A DNA stretch of 64,000 nt from Balanoglossus misakiensis (taxonomy: Eukaryota; Animalia; Hemichordata). The position numbers and the translations under genes are program-made. This document shows positions 25,577-50,600 of the stretch, one piece after another. The notes below the pieces were generated by a model. It made no database searches. It saw only the letters and a list, made by a program, of their open reading frames with translations, and was not told where the DNA came from. Position 1 is the stretch's first letter, and each line of letters starts with the position of its first letter. The DNA lies in the NCBI GenBank assembly GCA_040954595.2, contig CM082586.2:4595125-4659124 (forward strand), given 5' to 3'.

Positions 25577-28179
25577 GTCTCCTCTCCAGTAACTATGACA
25601 ACCCCTTCTCAGATTTAGAAATCCCACTCCCTCTTCTATAACCAATATATCCGGGTCTTCCTGACTCTTCTGTGAAAACCTCCACTATCTTCGCACAGGT
25701 GTAGAATTCTGCCCTGATTATTAAGTTGTCATGGTGATCTAATAACATAAAAGAAGGATATAATCATGTTATGCAACGCACATGTAAATTTTAGATTGGT
25801 ATGCTTCCAGGTACTTTTCATTGAGAGAAAAGGAAAACGTCTGGTGAAAGGATGCAACTTCAGTCTTCCATTTTATAATGAGAACAGAGAGTCAGTCTCA
25901 CCATGGAGGTAGCTTATTTTAGTTTCATCAATTCATTTTGTTATTTGTGTCGAATATAAATAGACTATACTGCCAGTACATTGTATAGCTAATGTAAAAT
26001 ACTCTACAATCATAAAATTCAATGCTTGTGACCATTTCATTTGTATGAAAAACGACAATACAATCGACAGATGAGTATGTGACGTGTCACCATGGTTTCA
26101 AATTTAATCCGCAATAACAATCTATCAATCTGCACACGTGTCTAAATGCCGTGGCAACAGCTTTTGTTTTTGACGAGGGCCAATGTGTTGTTAAGTCCTG
26201 TGTCAGATGAGAATGTCCTCCCACATACTAAATGCCTAGCCACGAGCTGCGTGGAGTTCAGTAAATGGTCTACTGCTTATGTTTATGGCACTTAGTGTCA
26301 ATAACCCAAGTAAACAATAGTTGGACCTTCGAGCTTTCAAATGCTCCAAAGAATTGGACCCACTTTCACAACAATCAGTTTTAAGGAAAACTGCAATGAT
26401 AAAACTGTCCCTGAAACCAAATGACCTGTGATTGCATTTAGTCCAGTTCTTTTATTCAGCTTTTTAATTCGAAAACATACCTGTATGCATGCTTACAGCC
26501 TGAACAGTAATCCTTATACTGAAAGACCAACTGAAGTATGGATTCCTGGGGCAAAGTTCATGCAGCCCTTCTACAACAACTTTTATGGCTTTACAGTAGG
26601 TTTGACCAGGCATACATTGACATGTTCTTATTATGGTAAGGTTATCGCAATATTGAATATTGACAGGGCATCACACACTTCACAGTATCACTTATCGTGT
26701 CTTGAATTCTCCTGACACATGTGGACATGTACACACTGTCACAGTTCGTTGGACACCAATCACATCCAGTCTCACTTTTATCTGCCTCTACTGTACGCAA
26801 GTTCAGAGTACATCACCCCTAGCACTGCTCCAGACTTTCCAAATCTCTGCGATTAAACTTTATCCACAGTCAGTTGCTTTAAAGTGCAGCTGGTCTACCA
26901 CAAAGTCTAATTTTAGGAACTACTTTCTGTCAGTGATTGAATGTGTGTACATCACTTCCGTCTCGTGATACAATGTGTACTTTCACCGAGTGATAAGGTC
27001 CAGATTTTAAAGCAACCACAAAACAACTTTTGAAATTTCCTCAGTGACTTTTCTGATATCTTCACTTACACAATGCATCATGGGATCAATAAGCGCGTTT
27101 CCTATAATACAAAAAAACATCGTCATGGTGATTGTATTTCAACGATAAATTGATACCAAAGATTCAATTTTTCTGGCCTTTAAACATGGTAAAAGAGAAA
27201 GGATAATGACAAAACCAGCTAGACATTCAAATAGATATACCAGATAATTGATCTGGTCCATAATTACAATTTGTAATGCAAATTTTCCAATCAATGCAGA
27301 CTGACTACATGTACATCCTATAATCAGACAGCATGACTGTCTAGACTATATACACTGCACTTGGTAACACTGTAGATGGCCATGGAGATATTTTTTGCTC
27401 ATATAATCCCTCAAGCCCAGATCAAATACATTATTATGTAAACAAAATAGTTCTCTACCGAACAAATTGATACCATGAAAAATATCAAATTAGTTTGTAG
27501 AAATACAATACTGTATGGTACATTGCTTAACTGATCATTAAAAATGTTTTATTCAGCCATATAGGAAACAATTTGATAGGCTCAGATTACAGGCAGATAT
27601 ACACCATGCAAAAGTCCGGCTATAATTGGTTTCACCTCAAACAATTATGAGGTTCTAATCATTCTCCAATTACATCTGGGAAGCCTATCAGAGAAACATT
27701 AAATAGTTGTCTGAGATACACTACAAAGATAAAATTAATCTATATTATTTGCTACTGTCAAATGATTATAATCTCTTTAGTGGAAAAATTATCACATCAC
27801 TGTCTATAAACAAAGTCCTAACTGCACTTTTTCATCATTCGATATTCACACACAGCTTGAAGTTGAGAAAAGGTCAATGACACAATTAACTTGGAAAGAT
27901 ACACAAATTCATTGTGCACTGTAGTACGTGTTGTTGTTTTACTGTAAAGTTTGTATCTTGAAAACAGTAAACATTCCTGGCTCGAAGGACAATCACATTA
28001 ACTTCACAACAACTATGTGTCTCAACTTAACGGGAACATGAACTTCGCCGTGCTATGCCCACTAGCTATAGATCGTATACTAATTGAATTAAATATAGCC
28101 GTCCCTGACCCTCCGATCGACGTCTCGTAATCGTACTCGTCACAGTAAATCAATGATCGCCGCGCCGGGATCGTGAAAA

Positions 28180-28420
28180 GACTTACCGCTTTTACTCAAT
28201 CGTGTCGTTCTTCCCACTGGTCGATTTGTCACTGCAAGCAGAAGCGATCTGTAAACCGACGATGTCCTGACAACATGACAGACAAGCCTACGAGTACGTG
28301 GGAAGATCGCGTGTACTGTGTGTGGCCGGCGTTGGTGACGCCTTGATCATGTCGATTTCTATTTACGATTTATTACTTTCATTCACCAAATCACTTCCGG
28401 GAGTATTGACCAATCAAATG
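28180..28420 (-). promoter_or_regulatory. Probable promoter and non-coding first exon of the SLCO gene
   Basis: Local CpG island. Minus-strand GTAAGT donor at 28181-28186, ETS-like CACTTCCGG at 28392-28400, CCAAT at 28410-28414. Confidence 0.5.
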
Positions 28421-29801
28421 AGCGGGTTTTCACTATGGTTTTCAAATCTAATGAGGGCGTACTTTTTAGTAAACACTGCCACGAAACAAACACACTTGTT
28501 ATTCAAGCTTGCAAGAGCAATATCACGTACACCTAAGGCTTGTATCAAGCTAAAAATTAGTAGATTATAGAAAACATACACTTGTATAATAGGGGACTGC
28601 CTTTGAAACACATAGGGTCAACACAAAGCTCACAATCAAAACAACAAAAACCACAACAAAAGTAACTATGATATTCATGAAGAATAAGAAATTTTATTTT
28701 CATGGATTTGGTAAAATCAATTGTCTTCATCAAAGTTCGTAAATTCCAGAAATACATGTTGATAATTGAGAAAAGAACATTTATAAATGATCTTACACAA
28801 ATAGAATCTTTCAGAGAAAATTTCTGACAGGAGAATGATAGAAAATTATAGTTAGATTATAGAGGTAACTGATTTGATAAAAAGTAATTACATGTATTAT
28901 GTATTAAAGTGGACTTAAAATTAGACGAGTAAACACATTTGCAAAGGGATTTGTACTTGACATGATAATCGATAAAATTCTGTCAGATTATGTACTTTTT
29001 CATTGCACTCTCTATGATATAATGTAGTGAACAGCTATGCAACAAAGTCTACAATATTTAGAAGTCAATATACACAAAATAATGACCTCTAAATACACAT
29101 ACCACTTACTATAGATACTTTAAAAAGTGCATTACAATTTACAATGGTACAAAATAAATATTCACATTTTTACTTTTAATAAATACTCTGTATTTACAAG
29201 ATAAACATGACATCACAACCAGAGCTTGTAAACTATGCTGATATAGAAATATTGAATTAATCACTGCGAATTTCAAACACAAAATGTTGAACGCACTGAG
29301 ATGCAAGTTTAGCTGTGATGTATGATCCGACAAATTTATACAAAATTTGGCACATAAAAGTGGCAAGTTCATATGGGTTAATTTTTTCCCACACCGTTCA
29401 GGTACATGTAGTAATCACGATCAGTATATGTAAATGTAAATAGGCGTTAGGAATTTACTATGGAAAATTTAGAAGTGTTTATACAAAATCTTGATGTTGT
29501 TTCTAGGTTTGGGTGAGCGAGAGGCAGTGCAATACACAATATGTTGACGGCAGTGTAACACACACTAGAAGAATATCTACGGAAACAAACAACATTGCAC
29601 ATTACATTGGCTTTGTCTGTACTCCCGGTCCATTGGACTATCATTTCACTCATTAAAATATTTGACAGCAAGCTCCTTTCACATTGAATGGGTTAAGCTA
29701 ATATTGCACCTTACTTACAAATGCAACCTTCAAGAAGCATGATTTCGAAGCTTTGATTCAATTTTGGAATCTAAGAAATCAGCGCTATATCTTTATCTAT
29801 A

Positions 29802-29896
29802 ATACCCCTTTCAACACCATGGCTTGGTCCTGGTTCACTGTCTTTCCAATGAGAAAGCCGGACCTTTACACTGGGAAATAGGGCCACAAGGATTCA
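29802..29896. mobile_element. Degenerate piggyBac-like MITE copy in the SLFNL1 3'UTR
   Basis: CCCCTTTCAACACCATGG..GTCC...GGACCTTTA...GGGAAATAGGG follows the family consensus loosely. Confidence 0.45.
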
Positions 29897-29914
29897 CAGT
29901 TGACTGATGTCACA

Positions 29915-32515
<2,601 letters not shown>

Positions 32516-33049
32516 CTAATTTGCATTAGGACCGATATTCTGACAAAGATGCTGGAGATGATTTCACTGCATGTTCAGGCTTCTTGGTTACAATGTTGGT
32601 GTCAACACTTTTGCTTCCATTTCACATCATGTCAGTTTGATTCTGATAGGTCTCAACTTGTACTGTTCCCCTTCTTCATCCCTACTGTTCATATGTATTC
32701 AGTACATTCTGCTGGGGGATAAATTAACAAAGATGGGATTGTATTACTTACAACATGTTAGCAATTTCTGAAATTTACAATTACATGATGTATTTGTAGA
32801 TTACTACTACCTAAATTTGTTCTTCAATGACAGTGCTTGAATGATCAATGTTGTTTATATACTGTATTGTGCTTATGTGTATAAAATCAAGCGTGAAAAT
32901 TAGACGATTGGACCAACGTTGACCAAAGCACGGATGATCATTTTTTTCTCTCTCATCTGACAGCTTGAGCTATTAATTGGGTACTGTACCGGTATTTGTA
33001 ATTACCATGGCAATACGTTGCAAACAATGACATAGCTGAAAATTCACGT

Positions 33050-33380
33050 ACCTGATGTTCGTGGAGATGACGTGTGTTACTAAGCACTGCTAAACTACTC
33101 GTCTGGGAGCATTTCTTATGCTAAGAGCAGCTCACTTCTCGACAAACGTGGCATCTTTACAACTCAGCCATCGGAAAACAGCAACCAAGTGTTTACGATC
33201 AAGCACGCCGCCATGGTATTTCCGTGGGTGTGTGGTTCTCGTAGAATACCGCGATTTGCGAGAGTTCCGTCGTTGTCGGTTTCCAACATGGCGAACTCTC
33301 GTAGTCAGTGCTCGGAGTAATTTCAGCTTGTATATACGTTTTCTATTGGTTGCAGGCGCAAGAAATTGACTCTAGGTAAA
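33050..33380. promoter_or_regulatory. Bidirectional promoter and first non-coding exons of SLFNL1 (-) and PI4KB (+)
   Basis: CpG island. Minus-strand donor CAG|GTACGT at ~33051 and plus-strand donor TAG|GTAAAG at ~33376. Outward-facing YY1-like motifs: CATGGCGGC on minus at ~33207-33215 and AACATGGCG on plus at ~33285-33293. Confidence 0.6.
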
Positions 33381-36130
33381 GTATTGACATTTTACAATGT
33401 ATTTTTCTTGTATCCTCATTATAGAGGCGACGTTCAGCCTCAATATACAGTATCTGTGAAAGTTTTTTGGGGGACTGGCCCGAACGTGTGTGTAGTAGGT
33501 AGGTGTGGTGGGAGGATGGTATTTTGACAGGGAAACCAATCGCACGTCTCTCGGTCCGATTTGACGTATCTTTTAAGTAAATAACACTACGACTGTAGAA
33601 TTTAACATACATATACGTGTATGTTAAATAAGATAACCCCTACTTATTCATATATTCTTCAGAACATCCTCATTAGTAAGTACCGGTAAATCAGTCAGCG
33701 TTGTGTGGTATGTGTCAATAGTTTGTTGACCTCATCGATTTCCAAACGTGGATGACGTCAAAAGTATGATTATTTATTTACTGTCGTCTATGGATGAGAA
33801 TTTTATTTTCAACCACTTGACTGGTTTTGCTAGCGAGCTACATGCTTTGGTCAACTGAAAATGGCCATCATATTTAATTTATTGTATTTTTAGTAACTTG
33901 GCGAGGAGAGGGTTATCAAGTTGACCTCTAGCCGACCCTCATTTCCTGTCAAGGAGAATACACTGTATGTTCTTATATTTAATGGCATTGATGATATCAG
34001 CTCTGGATACATTGAATAGACTGAAAGATGAAAGAGGAACAGTTCTTATCAGTTTATCTCAACACAAATGTTTGCATTTTAAACATAAGTTCTTCTCCTA
34101 CTGTCTGTTATGAGAGAAATGCATAGTGTACAAATTAATGATTAAATCTGCATTTATTTATACTAAAATGTGTAAATATGGCATGCAAACATATGAATAT
34201 CATGATTAATTAAGTCAGATCTGATTTGAAAATTCCAGAGAATGCAAAACATAGAATTGACTCATACTCAGCTAGAGGTGTTACAGAGTTGTAGCCTTCT
34301 CACTGAGTGATGACATTTTAACACAACTTCAAGGAGAATATATTTCTACTTGAGCTGCGGAAAATCACATCACTTTTCATTTGAAATATCTTGACAGAGG
34401 GTCAACAAACTGCCAACATGGACATTTGTGTCTGAATGAACTCGAGACAATTGTGTGTGAACTGAATAGACAATGGGTTTGATTGTCCACGATATGAATG
34501 AACCTTTGATGCCTGTTGCACAAGTACAACAAAAGGTAAAAGGTCATTTTGCATGTTCACTGCCATGATCACCTACACGACCGGGTGATAGTTTGATGAT
34601 GTTTGCGATAATTTATCCAGTGGACTTTCCAACATTGTTAGCAGGCAATGCAAAATACTGTGATCATATCAGACCAAAAACAGAGTAGTTTATACTGTTG
34701 AAATACATATACCATGGTACAGTGTTGGGCCGTACCCTGCTAAATGTGATACGTCATTGATAGAATATACTGGTTGTGTGGGTACCGTGTAACCCTATCC
34801 ATTAGCAAGGCATAGTCGGTGAAAGGTAGCAGATCGTACATGTACTGGAGGGTCTCTTTGCTCTAACCATGACATCATCAACTACCATTCTGTGTGTGTA
34901 GGTCATCTTGGGTCAGTTATGATCTGCTGAGGGCCACAGTTAGCAAACACAGGATGTCAACATTTGGGAGCAAAACAAAATATGTGTCATTGATGTTTCT
35001 CGGAACTTAACCTTGGTTTTAGTGAAGAAACGTTCATTTTGTAGACTTTACTGACACTGAGTTTGCGAAAAAGCACAGCTGAAAATACCTCTTTTCATGA
35101 TACAGTATGTGTTTCTCTGAGAGTGTGTTACTAGGGTACACTATTAGTCAGTGTAACTACAACTTGAAGACGTGGAATTTTGCCAACTTTTGGTGTGTCC
35201 TTGTGTGTTGGATACTTTAGGCAGGAACAGTGTATGATCACCCTCAAACCCTCTTACGTCATACCAGTGCTATATTTCCAGGATTACCCCCACTTAAAGT
35301 TCAGAAATCTTGAAACCCAGGGTACGATGACTCATGCATCCGCATACATTATAACCAAATGAGTTCAACCGTTCCCCCCAAAGGCTGAGTAAGAAAACAA
35401 TAGCCTATAGCAACCAGTGAATGTCTATCCGGAAAGAAAAAGTTCACTGACCTCTTGAATGGTTGCGTTACCATAGATGGCAAATTGCTAGTGACTAGGG
35501 TACGGTATTCATAAAGAGTTAAGCCTCATAACCTTTGATAAGTTGGGTCATGCATGTGGTTATAATGAATATTCACCATTGTTGTCATGATTAACAGTAC
35601 AATGATCACTGGTATATTTTACATAACAAGGTCCGATTTGCCTCCACTATTGACAGTGCGGGCATCTTTTGCACATGAAGCCCTACATCAAACATAATTA
35701 ATGGAAAAAGGGTAGCGAGAGAGAGACTTTGTCCCTTTAAATGGATTTCTGTATTAAAAGACTACCTAATCAATCAGTCACTTGTCTATGAGTAGATTAC
35801 ATAATCAGGTTATGACAGATAGTTCAGAAGTGTTTGCTGAGTGATGTGTATGTCAATGAGTTTCTCATTATAATAATTAATTTTTCTTTGCATGAAGTTA
35901 GTGTTTTCACTGACTTGGTATTTGGCCTATCGTTGTGATCAGTGTATGTATGAAAATTACGAAGTTTGTTTTATTTTCTCCCTGTATCACAGATATGGTT
36001 GTCTCTATAGATAGAACAATGGGTCGCAATCAGCACCTGAGTGTATGAGGTACGACTGTTCCTCTGAAGTCGCGGTCCTGCTGTGGGATGGGATTTTATC
36101 TATTGGTGACCCAGGAATAATTTACAAGTG

Positions 36131-43560
<7,430 letters not shown>

Positions 43561-44223
43561 GTTCCGTCCCCCCCTCGAGGCGCGAATGGAATCTTCCAAA
43601 AAAAATGAGTGGAATAGGACACATCATTTTTTGATCAAGTAGGGATAGAACGCGGGCAACTTTTAAGATTTTTAAACAGGGGCACGTGGCAATTTTAGAG
43701 GGAAACAGATTTCCCCGAGAGATGACGAAAGGCAATTGAGAATGGTGCTAGTCTGATGTACGGGAGAACAGTTTCAAATTGCAGATTTTAGTGTCAGACT
43801 GCAGGTGAAATTGTCATTGATCTGCTCACCCCTACCTCCCAGTGGTATGATCCAAATGACATCAGAAGTCATTGGGGAGAGTAGCATTAGTCTGGGACCA
43901 CAGGGGTGTCTTGATTCTTGACGAGCAGAACAGAACTGAGCGATCCGGTCCAGATGTTAGTACATGTATAAAAATCTTGGACTTGGACTCTCAAGATTAT
44001 TAACAGTATTAGTCAATTATTAGATGTTTTTTTTCCCCCAATTAGCTAACGACTTACAGAGAAAGTATAAATGTCAGTTTAAAAAGATGAGACTTTTTAA
44101 AGTCAGATTTAATGGGTTGGGGGGATTCTGTACTTCAACTTATCAATGCATATTTCTAACATTTTCAGTTCTTCTCTGACTTCTGTGCACTGTCTTGTAA
44201 ATGGGAGTATATGTGCGTCCTCC

Positions 44224-44449
44224 TTAAAGTGAAGGGGTCGTCGCGCCCCATTTGTTTCTAAACATTACAATGCATCCACAAATCCCTGAAATTAGATAAT
44301 TCTTAGAATGAACGAAGCAGCTAACCATAGCGTAGACTGGGCATGACAGCAACTGAAGATCCTAGTAGGTCTTGGCGACTGCAGTGGGGTTTGCGCTGGT
44401 ATAAGAGGATGGGGGACATCAACACGGCGCGACAACCGCTTTCCTTTAA
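44224..44449. mobile_element. TTAA-flanked MITE (Kolobok/T2-like) in the PI4KB 3'UTR
   Basis: Left end TTAAAGTGAAGGGGTCGTCGCGC. The right end, reverse-complemented, reads TTAAAGGAAAGCGGTTGTCGCGC. Confidence 0.6.
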
Positions 44450-47400
44450 ATAGATACGCACCTGTGATAGTTGGTTTTTCCCTTCTATGTCCTGTTTCCG
44501 TTCAGTCTGTGCAACATTTACAGTCATTTACATAGCTGTGCCCAGTGTGTAGTCTACTTGCACAGATCCCGGATAGACCAGCTGCGCTTCCCAAATGTAC
44601 GTCCCCCCGAGCGTGGGGAATGTGCGGGGCGTTCTTGTATCCCTGGAAACGGCGGCTTGCTTCCGGTTCTCCCGAGATTCCGTAACCTACATCAGTGAGA
44701 CCGGAACTATGTATTTTATTGTCTGCTTTAAGACAAATTTCTCTTCCTCAGCTTGTGAATGTGAACATTTATCTTCCGGAAAAAAAAAAACTATTTAAAA
44801 AAATCATGTCAGCACGTTATATCCACATTATATTCTGTAATATGCAAATTTTACATGCACAATGTGTACACATCTGCTTGGCTTAATTTGTGATGTTTAT
44901 CCAATCAGTGATTGGGGAAACTCACTTTTGTAGAATGCTTTCCAGATTGACAATGAATTTAGATTAATGCTTGACAGCCTTGTAGAAGTTAGAGTTTTAT
45001 CCGTCACGATCACATTTTGATTCATGCCAATCCATGTACATTAGCTTTTTATAGTGGACATGTATAATGCAATCTGGGGGCAGGGTGGGGGGAGTTTTTG
45101 CCACCCCCTGTGCTCCGTATCCCTCCCCACCCACCCCTCGTCCCATTGTTATGTAACACAAATGCTTGCAAAGACTAATGCTGCAGAAATTGCCTCAATA
45201 TAAGGTGACCAGAGGGACTGTGAAGGTAACCAAGTTTAGGTGCAGCTATATTATTTTGCTGCTAGGTCTATTTGAGAGCCCTCCCAACTTGAGGAAAAAA
45301 TGTATATAACCGCTGCACCATCCTGCTTGTTAGTTTTCTTGCTGCTGCTGTTTAAACTCAATTCTGTGATGGAAACTAACCATGCTGAAAACTGAGCCTG
45401 TTTGTTACCAAATCAGAACTGAATTTCATGAACGAAAAAAGCATTTTGCAGACCTACATATAGCTGACATGCCAATTAATGTGATTCGTAACATTCTTCA
45501 ATAAAATGTAGTCATTGTGAGAGAATTTTAAACATGTCTATAGCTTGTTAAAATTTACAGTTACTGTCATTTCAGATAAAGTGGCAGATCTTTTGAGTAT
45601 TGTCTTGTAATATGTACACACGGTTAAGTCTTATTGCTAGTTTGTACTTGAATTATTTTTGTCAGAACTTTATAGAAGTAAAAATAAATGTGTAAATAGA
45701 AATTATAAAACTGTGTGTGTGTCACTTTAAAGTGTATTTTTTATAAATCACAGATCTTACTTTATTGAACAAAATGAGCATGCGCAAAATCGTCCGCCAT
45801 TTTTAAGTAGATTCAATGTCCAGCTAGGTAAGTGGTGGAACCGGTCAGACTCCTTAGGTAAGTTAATAAAAGTATGGTTCCCCAGCCCCATTAAGGCCGC
45901 TGGCGGCGCTCAAGGCGATAGGGTGACTATAAAATACCGTTACACAAAGGAGTAGGTTTGATGAGACTGAAATTTCACACAAAATATCACTGCGTGCATT
46001 TTGTCAAATGCATTGTCTGTTGCTTACTAGTACAATAGACAACGACCCAAGGTCTATGCTAGTCTATAGTACATGGTTATCATTGCCGAGAACGTCAAAA
46101 TGCGCATGCGTTTCTACCTCAGGAGAGAAATTATAATCAGCTTTTGATAAACATGAGGAATGGAGGGTACCCTGCGATCTAAAAAAAACCCCAGAGATAT
46201 CGTTTATTGGCTTTTTTATTTTTAAAAAGTAAATCTTAATATTAGGAACGCTGCCTACCGTTATATTTCTTTATATATAGGATTATGAACAGAAAGTTCG
46301 GGCCCTGAAAACCAAGGTCGGTGTGTTCCCATGTCACATAGCTGAATACAATACATGTACAATCTGTTTGTGATTACGTAACACAGTATGAACAGGCGTC
46401 AGAGTGGACATGTCAGAAACAGCAACTGGTGACGTGCGGACGTAACTTGAGTATTATTCCGGGCGATTCCTTTCACGTTGGATGTCGGTGGTCATGGCTC
46501 AACAGACAGTCTAATTTTTGAAAAGGGGTTATATTTTTTATCTCTTTGCGACGAAGTGGAGCTTCGCGGAATCTCGAAATATCGTGAAACGTGCACGTCG
46601 GCGAATGCAGGTAAGTCATACTGTTGTACTGCTAGCTCGTTCGTTATTGCATATATATATTACATTTTATACGTATGCTGGATGTGGATCGACATCAGAA
46701 GCCACATTCTCCGGCTACGAAGAACGAGAACAAAGTCTTCGTCAGTGTTTTCAGACCAGTCGTAGGGGCCACTATATATAACATGGGACGATGACGGCCT
46801 TGGGTAATATTTAGAAAAGACATAGTCATTCGTACCTCTTTGTTCATGGGATTATGAAAACAATAGTACATGTCACAGTCCTCGTATTATTATAATAATA
46901 GGGGAACTGTGTACATTTTCTTATTAAGAAAATCTGCAAAGATTTTTGCTTTGAATCCACTTACTTTCCTTATACAAAATCAGTTGACTCTGCGTAAAAA
47001 GTACGCTAAAACACTGCGTGACACAATCGTGCTTTCGTCATACACGTGCTAACTAACGTGATTACGTACACCGTGTGGCCCTGGTCTGGGGAAATCGCAT
47101 GCACGATGTAATACAAGGTTGTACACATGATGGGGTCTATTTATCTTTTGATTGCTGACATTAAAAAAAGTATTTGCATTTAGTATCAGTGCTCTAAAGT
47201 CACAAGTGAGAAAAATGTGTCCCAACGCTGTATTAAAACCAACGTCTTGCGCTTGAACTGACAAAAGTTGATATGAAGCGAATATATACAAAAAGTGCAT
47301 TTTTGCCCTTGTCTCTTGGGACAATTGTCCGTGTACTCGGCCGTTCATGGAAGAGCAGTGGCCGTGGGACCGAAAATGGCCGGACTGAAAAGGTCACGAA

Positions 47401-47652
47401 GGGGGCTGTTACGTAACAACGCGCACATGCAAGCATACATTGTTAAAGGTGCAAACCCCAGCGCCGCTCAACTAAGCTCCTTGCTCAGTATCATCACCGT
47501 GGTGTGGGCAGTTTTCTCTCGTATTCCATCACCTTCATGCATCATAGGTTTATGTTAGTGGAAGCAGACGTTCGTTTATTTATGTATTTATTTGTTTGTT
47601 TGTTTAGCTTGTGTTGTCGGATCACAACGTTTGACTTTTACATCGTGATATA

Positions 47653-50600
47653 ATGGCCCAGTCTCGGTCAAATGGGACGGCGAAGGCATCGAAGCTTGCT
47701 GCAAATCGACCAACTCCTCCCGACGGCGGATGGGGCTGGTTTATCGTATTTGCAACTTTCTTGACGACCACCATATCGGCGGGGAGTCTGTTTTCGTTCA
47801 GCGTGTTCTTTGTGGCGTACCTGGAGGCATTTAATGGAACAAAAGCAAACACGGGTGAGTTGAGTGGGCGGTATCGACTGCAAGAGTTACAACTCCACAA
47901 TCCAATATCAAAACGCACAATTATGATTTCGATTTCTCTACAAGCGTTCTTTGTCTCTGTTTTGATATCACAGTGCCATAGTTAGATTACCATTTTCACA
48001 AATCTTTGCATAGGCATGTTTTGTATGCTTTTCAAATCAAGGCGAAAACGAAAAGCTACATGTTGTAATAATGTATCACTTTATTCACCCTAAACAAGAC
48101 ACAACCCAATTTATTTCCTGGTGTCAACATATGTCTTTGTTTGACTTGCAATAATTTATACCATTAACCATTTCTTTTCAACCATAGCATTGCCATATTA
48201 ACTGAAATTTTAACACTTCATAAAGACCATGTGACTGAAATATGATTTCACGTTATTTACTCAAAATGGCGCCTTAATGAATGGTGCTTTAGAAGAACTG
48301 AAGTTTACTATAAGTCGCCTAGGAACTAATAGTTTCTCGTACTCGATTTTCTCTCATCGAATGACGAAATAAATAATGGCTTTTTCTACAGTTATAACAG
48401 AAAGCTGGACAGCTAAATGTGTTGTATACTTTCTTTCAGCCTGGATTGGATCGATCGCCATCTTTACGTTCACCATGTTTGGTCCGATAAGCTTAGCAAT
48501 TGCAAGAACTTTTGGACATCGCACAAGTCTCATGGTTGGCGGGGTGATCAGTGCGCTCGGCCACATCCTGAGCTCTTTTACCACAAACTTATACCAGTTG
48601 TACTTCACGTACGGAATAATGATGGGTGAGGATGGTTTTTGACAACTCCAGGCTCCCTTAAATAGTTTTTTTTTGACGTCGTGCTAGGGGGTTAAACCGC
48701 ATTTCAACAATTGTATTCTGGGTAAAAGGTCGACAACTCACTGTGGTAAGAGATGGAAGAAATGATATGTTAACAGTATTTTATGACTTTCTTTGGTCAA
48801 AAATTTCTGTCTTTTTAGTTGACATTCAACTTTTCCACATTTGTTATTTCTTAGACATGGCAAAATCGGCCATCTTGAAATAGTGTCGACCATATCGCTC
48901 ACCCAGGTAGAAAAAAACACACATTTATTGCTGTCGTCTAATTTGCGATGGATGAGCCCAGGAGGCCGTTAGATGGATCTACATTTTGTGTGAAATTGTA
49001 TTTTTCTCTAAATGCGATTTTATTGGTTCTTTTTGTAGGAGTTGGTTTTGGAATAACACACCTTTCTGCCATAGAAATGGTGGGAATATATTTTAAAAAG
49101 AAACTTCCCATTGCAATGGGTTTTGCTTTAGCTGGTGGCGGACTCGGCCAGTTTGTAATGTGCATCGTCAGTCAGGCCCTAATCGACATTTACGGGTGGC
49201 GAGGACTCCACATCATTCTGTCGGCGGTGGCGTTGCATATCTGCGTGGCGGGCGCCCTCTTCAGGCCGTTGGAGGGGAAAACGTACTCGAAAGTCCCGGA
49301 TGAAGAGCGGGAAAAGGGGACACGTGGTGAAAATGACGTAAATCAAGATCATTGTAATAACCACAAGGGTGAAAGGAGACATTCTATAACAAGCCAACTG
49401 TCGAAGCACGGCAACTCTGGATCAAAGTACACGGAAGTTCTCAATGATGATGCGGAAGTGACGTCAATAAACGCCCATCAAGGATGCACAGCATGTGACT
49501 GCTTGAAATCTTTCTTGAAAGCACTATATGACTGGTCCTTGTTAAAAGAACCTGTGTTTCTAGTTTTGTTACTGACCATAGTGTTGCAAGCCTTCGGCAC
49601 CAACACCATCACTATCCACTTGGTAAGCATTGCTACCTAAATTCATTTTTCCTCCATCCCTTCTCTTGCCGGCCCATAAGTGAATTCATTATCATATCAG
49701 AGTATTGTCATCTGGTGACATCGCTTCTTTTCCTGATTACTGGGGCAAATTTTGACATGTTTGGGTCTTGAAAGATTATCCCCCGGTTTTTTTGCAGGTG
49801 AGAAGGGCCCGCGACGTTGGCCTCTCTGCCACAGAATCGTCGTTTCTTCCCGCAGTGCTGGGCCTGGGTCAGTTATTTGGGCGTCCACTAATCGGCAGCA
49901 TAGGCAACCTCCCGAGGATGAAACCGTATATCTTATATGGAATTTGTTATGGTGGCTGTGGACTCTGTGTGCTCTTGTCAATTTTCATCAGCTCATATGC
50001 AGGTAAGTATTATTATTAAGTTATAGTCTGGCAGTGATGACGGTTCGTTTTGGTGGAATTTACGTGTTACTACCCAGTCACGCAGAAGCTTAGCGATTAT
50101 CGATGGACTTCAAAAGTAGATATAATGTTCTAAAGGACCGAGCTGATGTTTTAGGGGGTACTCATTACGTTATCACGCTTACTGCACTGTATGTCTTTCT
50201 TTCAGCTCTTATAAGTATAATGGTGGTCTTTGGTGCATGTATGGGAGGTTATATGGTCCTACTGAGTGTCAATATTGCCTATTTTCTCGGAGGTCCCAGG
50301 TTGGGATATGCTATGTCTATTACAATGCAAGTTGGAGGAATCACGTCCCTCATGGTTGGTCCCATCACAGGTAAAGTCCAATATCAATCCATTTTGTTCT
50401 TCATGGCGAAGGATAAAATGCCAGGGACTGTCAATTGTGTTCTTTATACCGCCAGTCATGGTTTCTCAACTAAGCGGCCTTGCATTGTATCAATCTGATG
50501 GTTAACCGATGGAGGTAAAGGCGGGGCATATAAGTGTACGGGGACTTCTGAACATGCCACCACTTGGGATTGAGTTTGAGCCCCGAGACTATCCCAACCA

